DNA of 64,000 bases. It comes from Candidatus Omnitrophota bacterium (GTDB lineage Bacteria; Omnitrophota; Gorgyraeia; Gygaellales; Profunditerraquicolaceae). The stretch spans positions 6,449-70,448 of the forward strand of contig VGKG01000002.1 of the NCBI GenBank assembly GCA_016867115.1. The letters are read 5' to 3'. Shown piece by piece: positions 41,217 through 49,234 of the stretch (position 1 is its first letter; every line of letters begins with the position of its first letter). The translations under genes and the position numbers were made by a program. Below the pieces are notes generated by a model. It searched no databases. It saw nothing but the letters and a program-made list of their open reading frames with translations, and was not told the origin of the DNA.

Positions 41217-41866
41217 TCATCGCCATTGACGGGCCTGCGGGAGCAGGCAAGTCCACAGTCGCCAAACTGATAGCCCAGAAACTGGGCTTTCTTTATATCG
41301 ATACCGGAGCGATGTACAGGGCGCTCACCCTGAAGGCGCTCGATGAAGGTATTGATATCGGAGATTCCGCGCGCATCATCGGCGCTGCCCGAGCAAGCGA
41401 CATCGAGCTGATCAATAATCATAACGGGACCCTTAAAGTGAAGCTTGACGGCAAGGACGTGAGCCTTGCGATCCGCGAACCGCGCATTACCCGCTTTGTC
41501 TCTGATATCGCTAAGATAAAAGAGGTGCGCGAGTGCATGGTTACGCTGCAGAGAAAGTTCGGCAGGAAGGGCGACTGCGTGCTTGATGGCCGCGATATCG
41601 GCACCGTAGTCTTTCCCGACGCGGATAAGAAGTTTTATATCGATGCCGCCTTTTCCGAGCGGGTCAGCCGCAGGCATAAGGAGCTTTTGGGCCTGGGGCA
41701 GAAGATCGGCTTTCAGGACGTAGAGCAGGACCTGAAAAACCGCGATACGATCGACTCAACGCGCGCGGTAGGGCCGCTTAAAAAAGCAGACGACGCCGTT
41801 TATGTCGATACCACGGACCTGACCATCGATGAGGTAGTGGCCAAAGTTTTAAGCTATATTAAATAG
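41213..41866 (+). CDS. cmk: Cytidylate kinase
   Basis: IIAIDGPAGAGKST…YIDTGAMYRA. Confidence 0.9.
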   Translation: MIIAIDGPAGAGKSTVAKLIAQKLGFLYIDTGAMYRALTLKALDEGIDIGDSARIIGAARASDIELINNHNGTLKVKLDGKDVSLAIREPRITRFVSDIAKIKEVRECMVTLQRKFGRKGDCVLDGRDIGTVVFPDADKKFYIDAAFSERVSRRHKELLGLGQKIGFQDVEQDLKNRDTIDSTRAVGPLKKADDAVYVDTTDLTIDEVVAKVLSYIK

Positions 41867-43663
41867 ATGGATAAATCATTAATCCGTAATTTCAGCATCA
41901 TCGCCCATATTGACCACGGCAAGTCTACTCTCGCAGACCGGATCCTGGAACTGACCGGAGCGGTGGACAGGCGGCATAAAGGCGACCAGCTCCTTGATGA
42001 CATGGACCTTGAGAAGGAGCGGGGTATTACTATCAAGGCCTCGATGGTCAGGCTCTCTTACCGCGCAAAGGACGGCAAAGATTACGTGCTTAACCTTATT
42101 GATACACCCGGCCACGTTGATTTTACTTACGAAGTCTCAAAATCCCTCTCCGCATGCGAGGGCGCGGTCCTGGTGATCGATGCCGGCCAGGGAATAGAAG
42201 CCCAGACCATTGCCAATTACTATCTTGCGCTTGAGAATAACCTTGAGATCATCCCGGTGATCAATAAGATCGACCTGACCAGCATTGACCTGCCTAAGGT
42301 TAAGCATCAGGTGGAGAATGTCCTCGGGTTTAAGGAGTCGGATATAATCCTGGCTTCGGCGAAGATGGGTCAAGGAATTGATGAGATCCTGGAGCGGGTG
42401 GTCAGCGTGATCCCTGCTCCCGCAGGCGAACCAGGGCATCCGCTTAAGGCGCTTATTTTTGACTGCCGCTATGACCCTTATAAGGGCGTGGTCATTTTTG
42501 CCAAGGTAGTGGACGGAAGTATTGACCCTAAGACGCAGTTAGAGATGATGCACTCGGGAAAGACCTACAGAATAGAGGAGCTGGGAGTTTTTAAGAACCT
42601 GCAATACTCCAAAGTCGATAGCCTAACCTGCGGCGAGGCCGGATATTTTACCGCCAACATCCGCGATCCGAGAGAGATCCTCATCGGAGACACGATCACC
42701 GACGTAAAGAACCCCTGCGGCGAAAGTCTACCAGGCTTTAGAAAACTCAAACCTCTGGTCTTCTGCGGCATCTATCCGGTGAACCCGGGAGATTTTCCGG
42801 AACTACGCGATGCCATGGATAAACTGAAGCTTTCGGATGCCTCATTTGTCTTTGAACCGGAGAACTCCCAGTCATTCGGCACGGGGTTCCGCTGCGGATT
42901 CCTCGGGCTCCTGCACATGGAGATTGTCCAGGAGCGCCTTGAGCGCGAATACAACCTGAACCTGATACTTACCGTTCCTAATGTAGTCTATCGCCTGACT
43001 CTAAGGGACGGCACGGCTATAGACGTGGACACTCCGGCCAAACTGCCTGAAGCTACAGAGATCGCCGAGGCCTTTGAGCCTTGCGTCAAACTGATGATGA
43101 TCATTCCTATTGACGCTATCGACCCGGTCTGCGACTTCACTAAGTCGCGCCGGGGTACCTTTAAATCCAGCGAATATCTGGGAGAGGACAGGGTTAAGTT
43201 AAATTTTGAGATCCCGCTTTCAGAGATCATCGTGGATTTTTACGATAACCTGAAATCCCAGACCAAGGGCTATGGATCTCTGGATTACGAGTTCAGCGGA
43301 TATCAACCGATAAAGCTGGTGAAGCTGGATGTAATGATCAACGGCAACATCTGCGATGCCTTTTCATCGCTTATGGCCAGGGAAAAGGCATATGCCCGCG
43401 CGCATGCGCTGGTGAATAAGCTTAAAGAGTTGATCCCCCGGCAGCTTTTTGAGGTGGCGATCCAGGCAACGGTGGCAGGCCAGATCCTGGCCTCGGCAAA
43501 GGTGCGCTCCGTAGGTAAGCACGTCACTGCCAAATGCTACGGCGGAGACATCACCCGTAAGCGTAAGCTCTGGGAGCAGCAGAAGCAGGGAAAGAAGAGG
43601 CTGAAGCAATTCGGGAAAGTCGAGATCCCGCAGGAGGCATTCCTGGAGGTGCTCAAAATATGA
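41867..43663 (+). CDS. lepA: Elongation factor 4 (LepA)
   Basis: IRNFSIIAHIDHGKSTLADR…, 598 aa, with the LepA C-terminal domain. Confidence 0.95.
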   Translation: MDKSLIRNFSIIAHIDHGKSTLADRILELTGAVDRRHKGDQLLDDMDLEKERGITIKASMVRLSYRAKDGKDYVLNLIDTPGHVDFTYEVSKSLSACEGAVLVIDAGQGIEAQTIANYYLALENNLEIIPVINKIDLTSIDLPKVKHQVENVLGFKESDIILASAKMGQGIDEILERVVSVIPAPAGEPGHPLKALIFDCRYDPYKGVVIFAKVVDGSIDPKTQLEMMHSGKTYRIEELGVFKNLQYSKVDSLTCGEAGYFTANIRDPREILIGDTITDVKNPCGESLPGFRKLKPLVFCGIYPVNPGDFPELRDAMDKLKLSDASFVFEPENSQSFGTGFRCGFLGLLHMEIVQERLEREYNLNLILTVPNVVYRLTLRDGTAIDVDTPAKLPEATEIAEAFEPCVKLMMIIPIDAIDPVCDFTKSRRGTFKSSEYLGEDRVKLNFEIPLSEIIVDFYDNLKSQTKGYGSLDYEFSGYQPIKLVKLDVMINGNICDAFSSLMAREKAYARAHALVNKLKELIPRQLFEVAIQATVAGQILASAKVRSVGKHVTAKCYGGDITRKRKLWEQQKQGKKRLKQFGKVEIPQEAFLEVLKI

Positions 43664-44589
43664 TGAAATACAGGAAGAAGATACTTGCCAGAATACTCCG
43701 GAAAGAACAGGGCAATATTGCGCGATTTATGGCGGATCTGGCTTCCTTTGCCGGAAGGGCCGCTGATTTTGCGGAATCAGTAGCCTCCACCGACCCCTTT
43801 CTCTCGTTGAAACTGCGCGATTCCTGCGTTCCGGTAAAGAGGCTTGATCTGAACAAGATTGAGGGTTTTCTTGCTGCCTGGCACTGCCTGGATGGTATTC
43901 AGGAGTCCCTGACCCGGCTGTTGGCACAGTTTAAAAAGAGGAAGGCGGCAGAGCAGATAAAAAAGGCGGAAGCGCTGCTTAGCGAAATAGAGCCGCTTTC
44001 CGGCGCCGTAAAAGGCGCCATCCGCAAGGTGCATATATTTGACTGGATAGATTCCCTGGTCTTCGCTTTTGTGCTGGCGATGTTCATCCGCACCTTCTTT
44101 GTGCAGGCCTTTAAGATACCCACCGGCTCCATGCGTCCGACGCTTTTAGAGGGCGACCTGATCCTGGTGAATAAGTTCATTTACGGCGCCAAGATCCCCT
44201 TTACCAAGAATATGAGGCTGCCTCCGGTAGGGGATTTACAGCGTGGAGATGTCATCGTCTTTATCTATCCTGAAGACCCCAAGAAGGATTTTATCAAGCG
44301 CCTGGTAGGTCTGCCGGGTGAAACCGTAGAAATCAAAAACGGAACGATCTATATCAACGGCTACCCACTTACTGATTCTGTCTTCGGCCGTATCTTCTAT
44401 TACAACATGGGCGATTTTGAGAAGAGCGGTTTTAAAATCAATGTCCCCGGAGACAGTTATTTTGTGCTGGGGGATAATTCCGCTTCCAGCAAAGACAGCC
44501 GCTACTGGGGTTTTGTGCCGCGCAAGAACATCATCGGTAAGGCCATGATCATCTATTTCCCGCCCCAGAGGATAAGGATTATTAAGTGA
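43660..44589 (+). CDS. lepB: Signal peptidase I with a roughly 110-aa N-terminal cytoplasmic extension
   Basis: S26 catalytic boxes (…GSMRPTLLEGDLILVNKF… and GDNSASSKDSRYWGFVP); follows lepA. Confidence 0.8.
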   Translation: MMKYRKKILARILRKEQGNIARFMADLASFAGRAADFAESVASTDPFLSLKLRDSCVPVKRLDLNKIEGFLAAWHCLDGIQESLTRLLAQFKKRKAAEQIKKAEALLSEIEPLSGAVKGAIRKVHIFDWIDSLVFAFVLAMFIRTFFVQAFKIPTGSMRPTLLEGDLILVNKFIYGAKIPFTKNMRLPPVGDLQRGDVIVFIYPEDPKKDFIKRLVGLPGETVEIKNGTIYINGYPLTDSVFGRIFYYNMGDFEKSGFKINVPGDSYFVLGDNSASSKDSRYWGFVPRKNIIGKAMIIYFPPQRIRIIK

Positions 44590-44843
44590 GCACATAAGTT
44601 ATGGAGCAACCGACCATAATATTTAGCGACATAACTTATGTGTGCGAACTTACTCACTGCGTATTGATTTGGGAACGGTTCTTTGTGAGCAAATCAGCAG
44701 TGAGGACAAGGATAAGATTAAAGTAACATCGCCTCAAGTAGCCTAGGGCGGCCTAAATTCGCAGACGCCGGACTTAATTAAACGAGGCAGCTACACTTTA
44801 TGTTCGCTCACAAAAGTTCGCTCCATAAAGTGTCTGCTCATTT
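44590..44843 (+). repeat. Hairpin-rich leader containing the third copy (44700-44843) of the structured element seen before accD
   Basis: A 13-bp-stem hairpin GCACATAAGTTATG…CATAACTTATGTGC. The conserved core TTAATTAAACGAGGCAGCTA and the covarying terminal hairpin end at the pgsA ATG. Confidence 0.7.
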
Positions 44844-44847
44844 ATGA
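44800..44847 (+). other. Candidate 15-codon leader ORF (MFAHKSSLHKVSAHL) with stop TGA overlapping the pgsA ATG (ATGA)
   Basis: Same SD-like AACGAGG, same spacing and same hairpin-encoding arrangement as the leader ORF before accD. Confidence 0.4.
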
Positions 44848-45410
44848 ATATTGCCAACAAAATCTCAACCTTTCGCATCCTCACTGTCCCCTTTTTCATC
44901 GCCTGCCTGATCTACTATACTCCGGAAAGGGATTATCTCAGGTTTCTGGCTCTGGGCATCTTTGTCCTGGCGGTAATTTCCGATGCCGTTGACGGTTATA
45001 TCGCCCGTAAAGCTAAATTACAGTCTAAAGCGGGGCTTGTGCTTGACCCGCTGGGAGATAAGCTCATCCTGATGAGCGCCTTTATACTGCTTTCTCCCAT
45101 GAGCCAGATGGAGTTCACCTTTCCGCTCTGGGTGACCTATATTATTGTGAGCCGCGATTGTATCATCCTCCTGGGGATGCTGGTGATATACCTGGTCAAA
45201 CAGAACGTGGAGGTGCATCCCAGCCGCTGGGGCAAGGTTACTACGACTTTCCAGATGTTCTCGGTGATCGCGGTCCTGGTCCAGTTAAGGCTGACCGCTG
45301 TGGCCCTCTGGTGGATCGCGGTCCTGCTTACCCTCATCTCCGGCATTGATTACGTCAGAAAGGGGTTTAAGATCCTTTATGCTCTGGATAATCAGCGCGG
45401 CAGTCATTAG
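44844..45410 (+). CDS. pgsA: CDP-diacylglycerol--glycerol-3-phosphate 3-phosphatidyltransferase (CDP-alcohol phosphatidyltransferase family)
   Basis: …DAVDGYIARK…G…LDPLGDKL… motif (D-G-x2-AR-x8-G-x3-D-x3-D) and multiple TM segments. Confidence 0.8.
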   Translation: MNIANKISTFRILTVPFFIACLIYYTPERDYLRFLALGIFVLAVISDAVDGYIARKAKLQSKAGLVLDPLGDKLILMSAFILLSPMSQMEFTFPLWVTYIIVSRDCIILLGMLVIYLVKQNVEVHPSRWGKVTTTFQMFSVIAVLVQLRLTAVALWWIAVLLTLISGIDYVRKGFKILYALDNQRGSH

Positions 45411-46017
45411 TTACCTGGTCGGCTCTATCCCTACGGCTTATATCTTTGGCCGCCTTCTTAAAGGCATCGATATCCGGCAGTGCGGCTCAGGCAATGTCGG
45501 CGCAACCAATGCCCTGCGGGTCATGGGAAAGGGCGCAGGCATCACCATACTTATCCTGGATATGTTAAAGGGCTTTATCGTGACTGTCTTCCTTGCTGAC
45601 CAGGCGTTGATCCAAAGCCGGATCCTTTCCGAAGAGGCTTTAAGGGTCTTGTTGGGCGTCGGCGCCATCTGCGGGCACAACTGGACCTTATTCCTCAGGT
45701 TTAAGGGAGGAAAGGGGATTGCAACTACCCTGGGAGTATTACTGGGCCTGGCTTTGCGCCTGCCCGGATTATGGGCGGTTTTTCTGACGATGGTCCTGAC
45801 CTGGGGCATCTTTTTTACCGTCATAAAGATCGTCTCCGTCGCCTCGGTAATAATGGGCATAGCCCTGCCTTTCTACATGTTTTTATTCACCCGCTCTAAG
45901 TTCCTGGTTCTTTTCGGGACACTGCTTTCTCTATTGATCATCTTACGCCACCGTCTTAACCTCATCAGATTCTTGCAAGGAAAAGAGCCCCGCCTCGATT
46001 TTAAAAAATCAAAGTAG
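45379..46017 (+). CDS. plsY: Glycerol-3-phosphate acyltransferase PlsY
   Basis: GSGNVGATNALRVMGK motif, membrane protein. ATG 45379 is preferred to the 45346 start in the ORF track. Confidence 0.85.
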   Translation: MLWIISAAVISYLVGSIPTAYIFGRLLKGIDIRQCGSGNVGATNALRVMGKGAGITILILDMLKGFIVTVFLADQALIQSRILSEEALRVLLGVGAICGHNWTLFLRFKGGKGIATTLGVLLGLALRLPGLWAVFLTMVLTWGIFFTVIKIVSVASVIMGIALPFYMFLFTRSKFLVLFGTLLSLLIILRHRLNLIRFLQGKEPRLDFKKSK

Positions 46018-46212
46018 TTTTAGGCCGCTTTTGGTAGCGCTTTCAAAAATAGCTAAAATACCCTTGAAATGGGCAGATGCCGGCTACATACTTTAGTTAA
46101 GATTTAAGAAGCTCCCCGCCAGCCACGAAGAGGATAGGGGAAGAGCCGGGTTGCCCAGATAAATAGGAGGAATAAATAAATTAGGGGGGACCCGGCATTT
46201 TTTTAGCATCTT

Positions 46213-46250
46213 AAAGCGGATTTTATAAAAAGTCCGCTTTTTTTATTTTT
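46213..46250 (+). terminator. Rho-independent terminator
   Basis: AAAGCGGA…TCCGCTTT stem followed by TTTTTTATTTTTAT. A second hairpin-plus-T-tract lies upstream at about 46150-46200. Confidence 0.55.
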
Positions 46251-46298
46251 ATAACTTTTTGGCGGGGAGCATGTTACAAAATCGAATAAAAATTTTTA

Positions 46299-46326
46299 TT
46301 GACAATTACAAAATTTTGTATATAAT
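46299..46326 (+). promoter_or_regulatory. Strong consensus-like sigma70 promoter (TTGACA, 16 nt, TATAAT) for the large outer-membrane protein gene
   Basis: Exact -35 and -10 hexamers. A tandem AAGTAAGAAT x2 sits just before the ATG. Confidence 0.5.
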
Positions 46327-46354
46327 AATGAAGTAAGTAAGAATAAGTAAGAAT

Positions 46355-49231
46355 ATGACGAAAAACATATCGATTCTATCGCTAATTTTCATCCTCCTTG
46401 TTTCCGTCTTGCCGGTAGGCTCCGTATTTGCCGGCACGCAAGCAGTGGATTATTTGTGCCAGCTGGGCGAAACTTTTTACAAACTCGGTAAATATGAAGA
46501 TGCGCTATCCGAGTTTAATAAGGCATTAGCCGCTGATCCGGGCAATCCGGTGGCTAAGAAATATATTGAAGAGATTTTTAAAGCAGAAAGCAGCCAGGTA
46601 GCTAAATCGGAACCCGAGGCCGGGATGCCTGAAAGCAGGATAAAGAAGGAAGTTAAGCCGGCTATTGCAATAGTCAAAGAGCTTCAGGCAAAGCCTGTGC
46701 CGGAAATCCAGCCGGCAAGCCCTGCGCCAGCTGTCAAAGAAGCTCCGGTTGCGGCTGCCGGATCTAGCCTGCCTTCCCGCGATGAGATGATCAATAATGC
46801 CTTTGCCCAGGCCGGAGCATGGATGAAACCTGCTCCTGTAGCTGGAGAATCCGCTAAGAGCGACGAGCGGTTCAAGATAGGCCCGATCAAGATCAGCGGC
46901 GAAGTGCAGCTAAGGGGCGGATTTACCCGTCATGACGCTTATTGGAAGCGCGCAAACTGGGATTTGAACGAAAAGAACTGGCGCATGCTTTCGGTAAATG
47001 CTCTTGATCAGCGCGAGAATACCTATGATCCGAGGATTTACGACCGGCTCAGGCTCGACCTGAATACTGACAACGGAGAGGGATTCGATTTTCACAGCAA
47101 TATCATGGTTGACCCCTGGAGTTTTATCGGTAAAAGCGAGAAGATCACTCTTACCGGTCCGGGCGGGGGCGGAGACCCTGCGGAGATAGAGCTCAAATAC
47201 TGGTCAAATACCGGTTATACAGTGAATGAAAGAGTCTATACCCTTAGAAACGGAGATTCCTTTAATCTTCCGGAGATCAAAGTGCAGGAAGGCCGTATCA
47301 GCACGCCGGTGACAGTCACTTCGGCTTTCGGCAATACCTATACTATCCCGCAGGTGAAGATCCACCGCTATTTTCAGCCGGTAAGGGAGTTCTGGTTCGA
47401 CTATAAACAGGACGACCTGAAACTGCGGGTGTACCCGATCGCTTATGAGAATCAGACTCTTACTTTTGATGACCCCTTACGCCTCTGCGGCAACCGCATC
47501 TGGTGGGAGGAGAGCCCCTGGATAAGGCGCTGGAGGCACGGTAATTTTAATAGCGGGGCAAGCCCGGTGGATTTTACCAGGGGCAATTGGGATAATTCCC
47601 TCTCCTTTTTTGCCCGTGACAGCGAAGCCCGGCGCCTGACGGCGCTGCGTGGTTTTTCCTTTGAATATATGCCTGCCGAAGGCACGACGCTGCAGACCAG
47701 CGTGGCTACACCAAAAGACCCCTGGCAGGAGTATTCGGACGTGGATAATTTTGTCTCTGCCACGCGGCTGAAGCACGCGCTCACCGACAGTATCGACCTG
47801 GGGGTGACTGCCACTACCCGTTTTGGTTATAATGTGGACAACCATAACAAGCTGGATGCGCGTAATTACGTCACTGCCGCGGATGTGGGTTATGAAATAA
47901 CAAACGGCATAAAAACCCTCTTTGAAGTCGCGCACTCACAGTCTAAATACGACATCACCAGCCCTATTTATGAGAGTCAATTCAACGGCTGGGCTTATAA
48001 TTTCTCTATTTTAGGCAGATTTCCCGCAGAGAGCATCATGAATACAGAGTATGGTTATTTCGGGATCCAGCCGGGAGAGCAGGAGCGGTTCTTTACCAAG
48101 TTTCGCTTCTTTGCCAACCGTATGGACGATTCTTTTGACGAGCCGCTCTCATCATACCGGGAGACGCGCGACGACGAATGGTGGGGAAGGCACATCCACT
48201 TTAAGAAACCCTATAAATACAATTTCCAGGGTGAAGGTCAGCTATTAAGCTGGGATGACATTAAGAACTTCAAAGTCGGAAACGGCATAGACATCGGCCG
48301 GGATGTCTTTGGCCTGCGCGTTGAGTCGCTGCTTTGGGATAAGAAAGTGGATAACCTTTTTGATGCGCGTAATGTCCATGCCCGGGATGGAAAGTTCATT
48401 GAACAGACTTTTAGGGAAGAGCTTACCTGGCAGATGACCGACAGGCTTACTTCCAAGGTGCTTGGGCTCTACAACCGCCTGCCTAAGACGCATAAGGGGG
48501 TTGATCCTTTTGTCTTTGAGCCGGTCACCGGAAGATTCTTTATCAATGATTATATCGAAGACGGCAAAGACCCCTCTATAGCTACCGGGTCGCTCGGCCT
48601 TGAATACGAGTTTTATGATTGGCTTGCTTTAAACGGGATCTGGGAATACACCAACGACATCTCACTCGCCTATGATAATTTCCCGCGGGGGATCTTAAAT
48701 GACGGGAACCAGGCATACATATTTTATGATGAAGCCCTGAGATACCGCGACAGGCTCAACTGGCTTTACGGCCAGGAGCATTTTGCCCGGCCGCCGTATC
48801 CTTTTTACAACATCTTTAAGGCGGGTTTAAGATTCGACCCGATCGAAAATATGGAGATCTACCTGGATTATACGCGTAACCCCTTTGAAAAGGCGGGACA
48901 GGTCGACGATAATATGAACCATATCGGATTTCAGCTCTCTTACACGCCGATGCGCAAGTTATCCTTTTTCCTGAAATACACCTATTCGCGCTGGCAGGAC
49001 CTGGATAAGCTGGTGCAGAACATCAATAAGGTCTACGGCCACCACAATGCCTTTGCCGAGATCATCTACCGTAAATCGGAGGATGAGGACCTGACCCTGC
49101 AGTTCGGCGAGGCCAGCCGCAACCCCTACGGAGGGGATGTGCTGGATATCACCTGGGACCCTTACGGCGGCTCCCTAAGGACCATCGATACGCAGCACAT
49201 CTACCGCCTCTACTATCGCCGGAAGTTTTAA
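46355..49231 (+). CDS. Large secreted protein with N-terminal TPR, an Ala/Pro-rich linker and an approximately 780-aa beta-rich domain, likely an outer-membrane beta-barrel
   Basis: Signal peptide; a TPR-like YKLGKYEDALSEFNKALAADPGN; a C-terminal …YRLYYRRKF ending in an aromatic residue, as in OM beta-barrels; abundant alternating hydrophobic Y/W/F-rich strands. Confidence 0.5.
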   Translation: MTKNISILSLIFILLVSVLPVGSVFAGTQAVDYLCQLGETFYKLGKYEDALSEFNKALAADPGNPVAKKYIEEIFKAESSQVAKSEPEAGMPESRIKKEVKPAIAIVKELQAKPVPEIQPASPAPAVKEAPVAAAGSSLPSRDEMINNAFAQAGAWMKPAPVAGESAKSDERFKIGPIKISGEVQLRGGFTRHDAYWKRANWDLNEKNWRMLSVNALDQRENTYDPRIYDRLRLDLNTDNGEGFDFHSNIMVDPWSFIGKSEKITLTGPGGGGDPAEIELKYWSNTGYTVNERVYTLRNGDSFNLPEIKVQEGRISTPVTVTSAFGNTYTIPQVKIHRYFQPVREFWFDYKQDDLKLRVYPIAYENQTLTFDDPLRLCGNRIWWEESPWIRRWRHGNFNSGASPVDFTRGNWDNSLSFFARDSEARRLTALRGFSFEYMPAEGTTLQTSVATPKDPWQEYSDVDNFVSATRLKHALTDSIDLGVTATTRFGYNVDNHNKLDARNYVTAADVGYEITNGIKTLFEVAHSQSKYDITSPIYESQFNGWAYNFSILGRFPAESIMNTEYGYFGIQPGEQERFFTKFRFFANRMDDSFDEPLSSYRETRDDEWWGRHIHFKKPYKYNFQGEGQLLSWDDIKNFKVGNGIDIGRDVFGLRVESLLWDKKVDNLFDARNVHARDGKFIEQTFREELTWQMTDRLTSKVLGLYNRLPKTHKGVDPFVFEPVTGRFFINDYIEDGKDPSIATGSLGLEYEFYDWLALNGIWEYTNDISLAYDNFPRGILNDGNQAYIFYDEALRYRDRLNWLYGQEHFARPPYPFYNIFKAGLRFDPIENMEIYLDYTRNPFEKAGQVDDNMNHIGFQLSYTPMRKLSFFLKYTYSRWQDLDKLVQNINKVYGHHNAFAEIIYRKSEDEDLTLQFGEASRNPYGGDVLDITWDPYGGSLRTIDTQHIYRLYYRRKF

Positions 49232-49234
49232 AAA

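Noticed and set aside
41108-41677. 189-aa minus-strand ORF
   Set aside because: Antisense to tyrA/cmk; shadow ORF.
44601-44726. 41-codon ORF immediately after lepB
   Set aside because: No RBS, overlaps hairpin structures and ends inside the conserved leader element. More likely non-coding structured RNA, though translation cannot be excluded.
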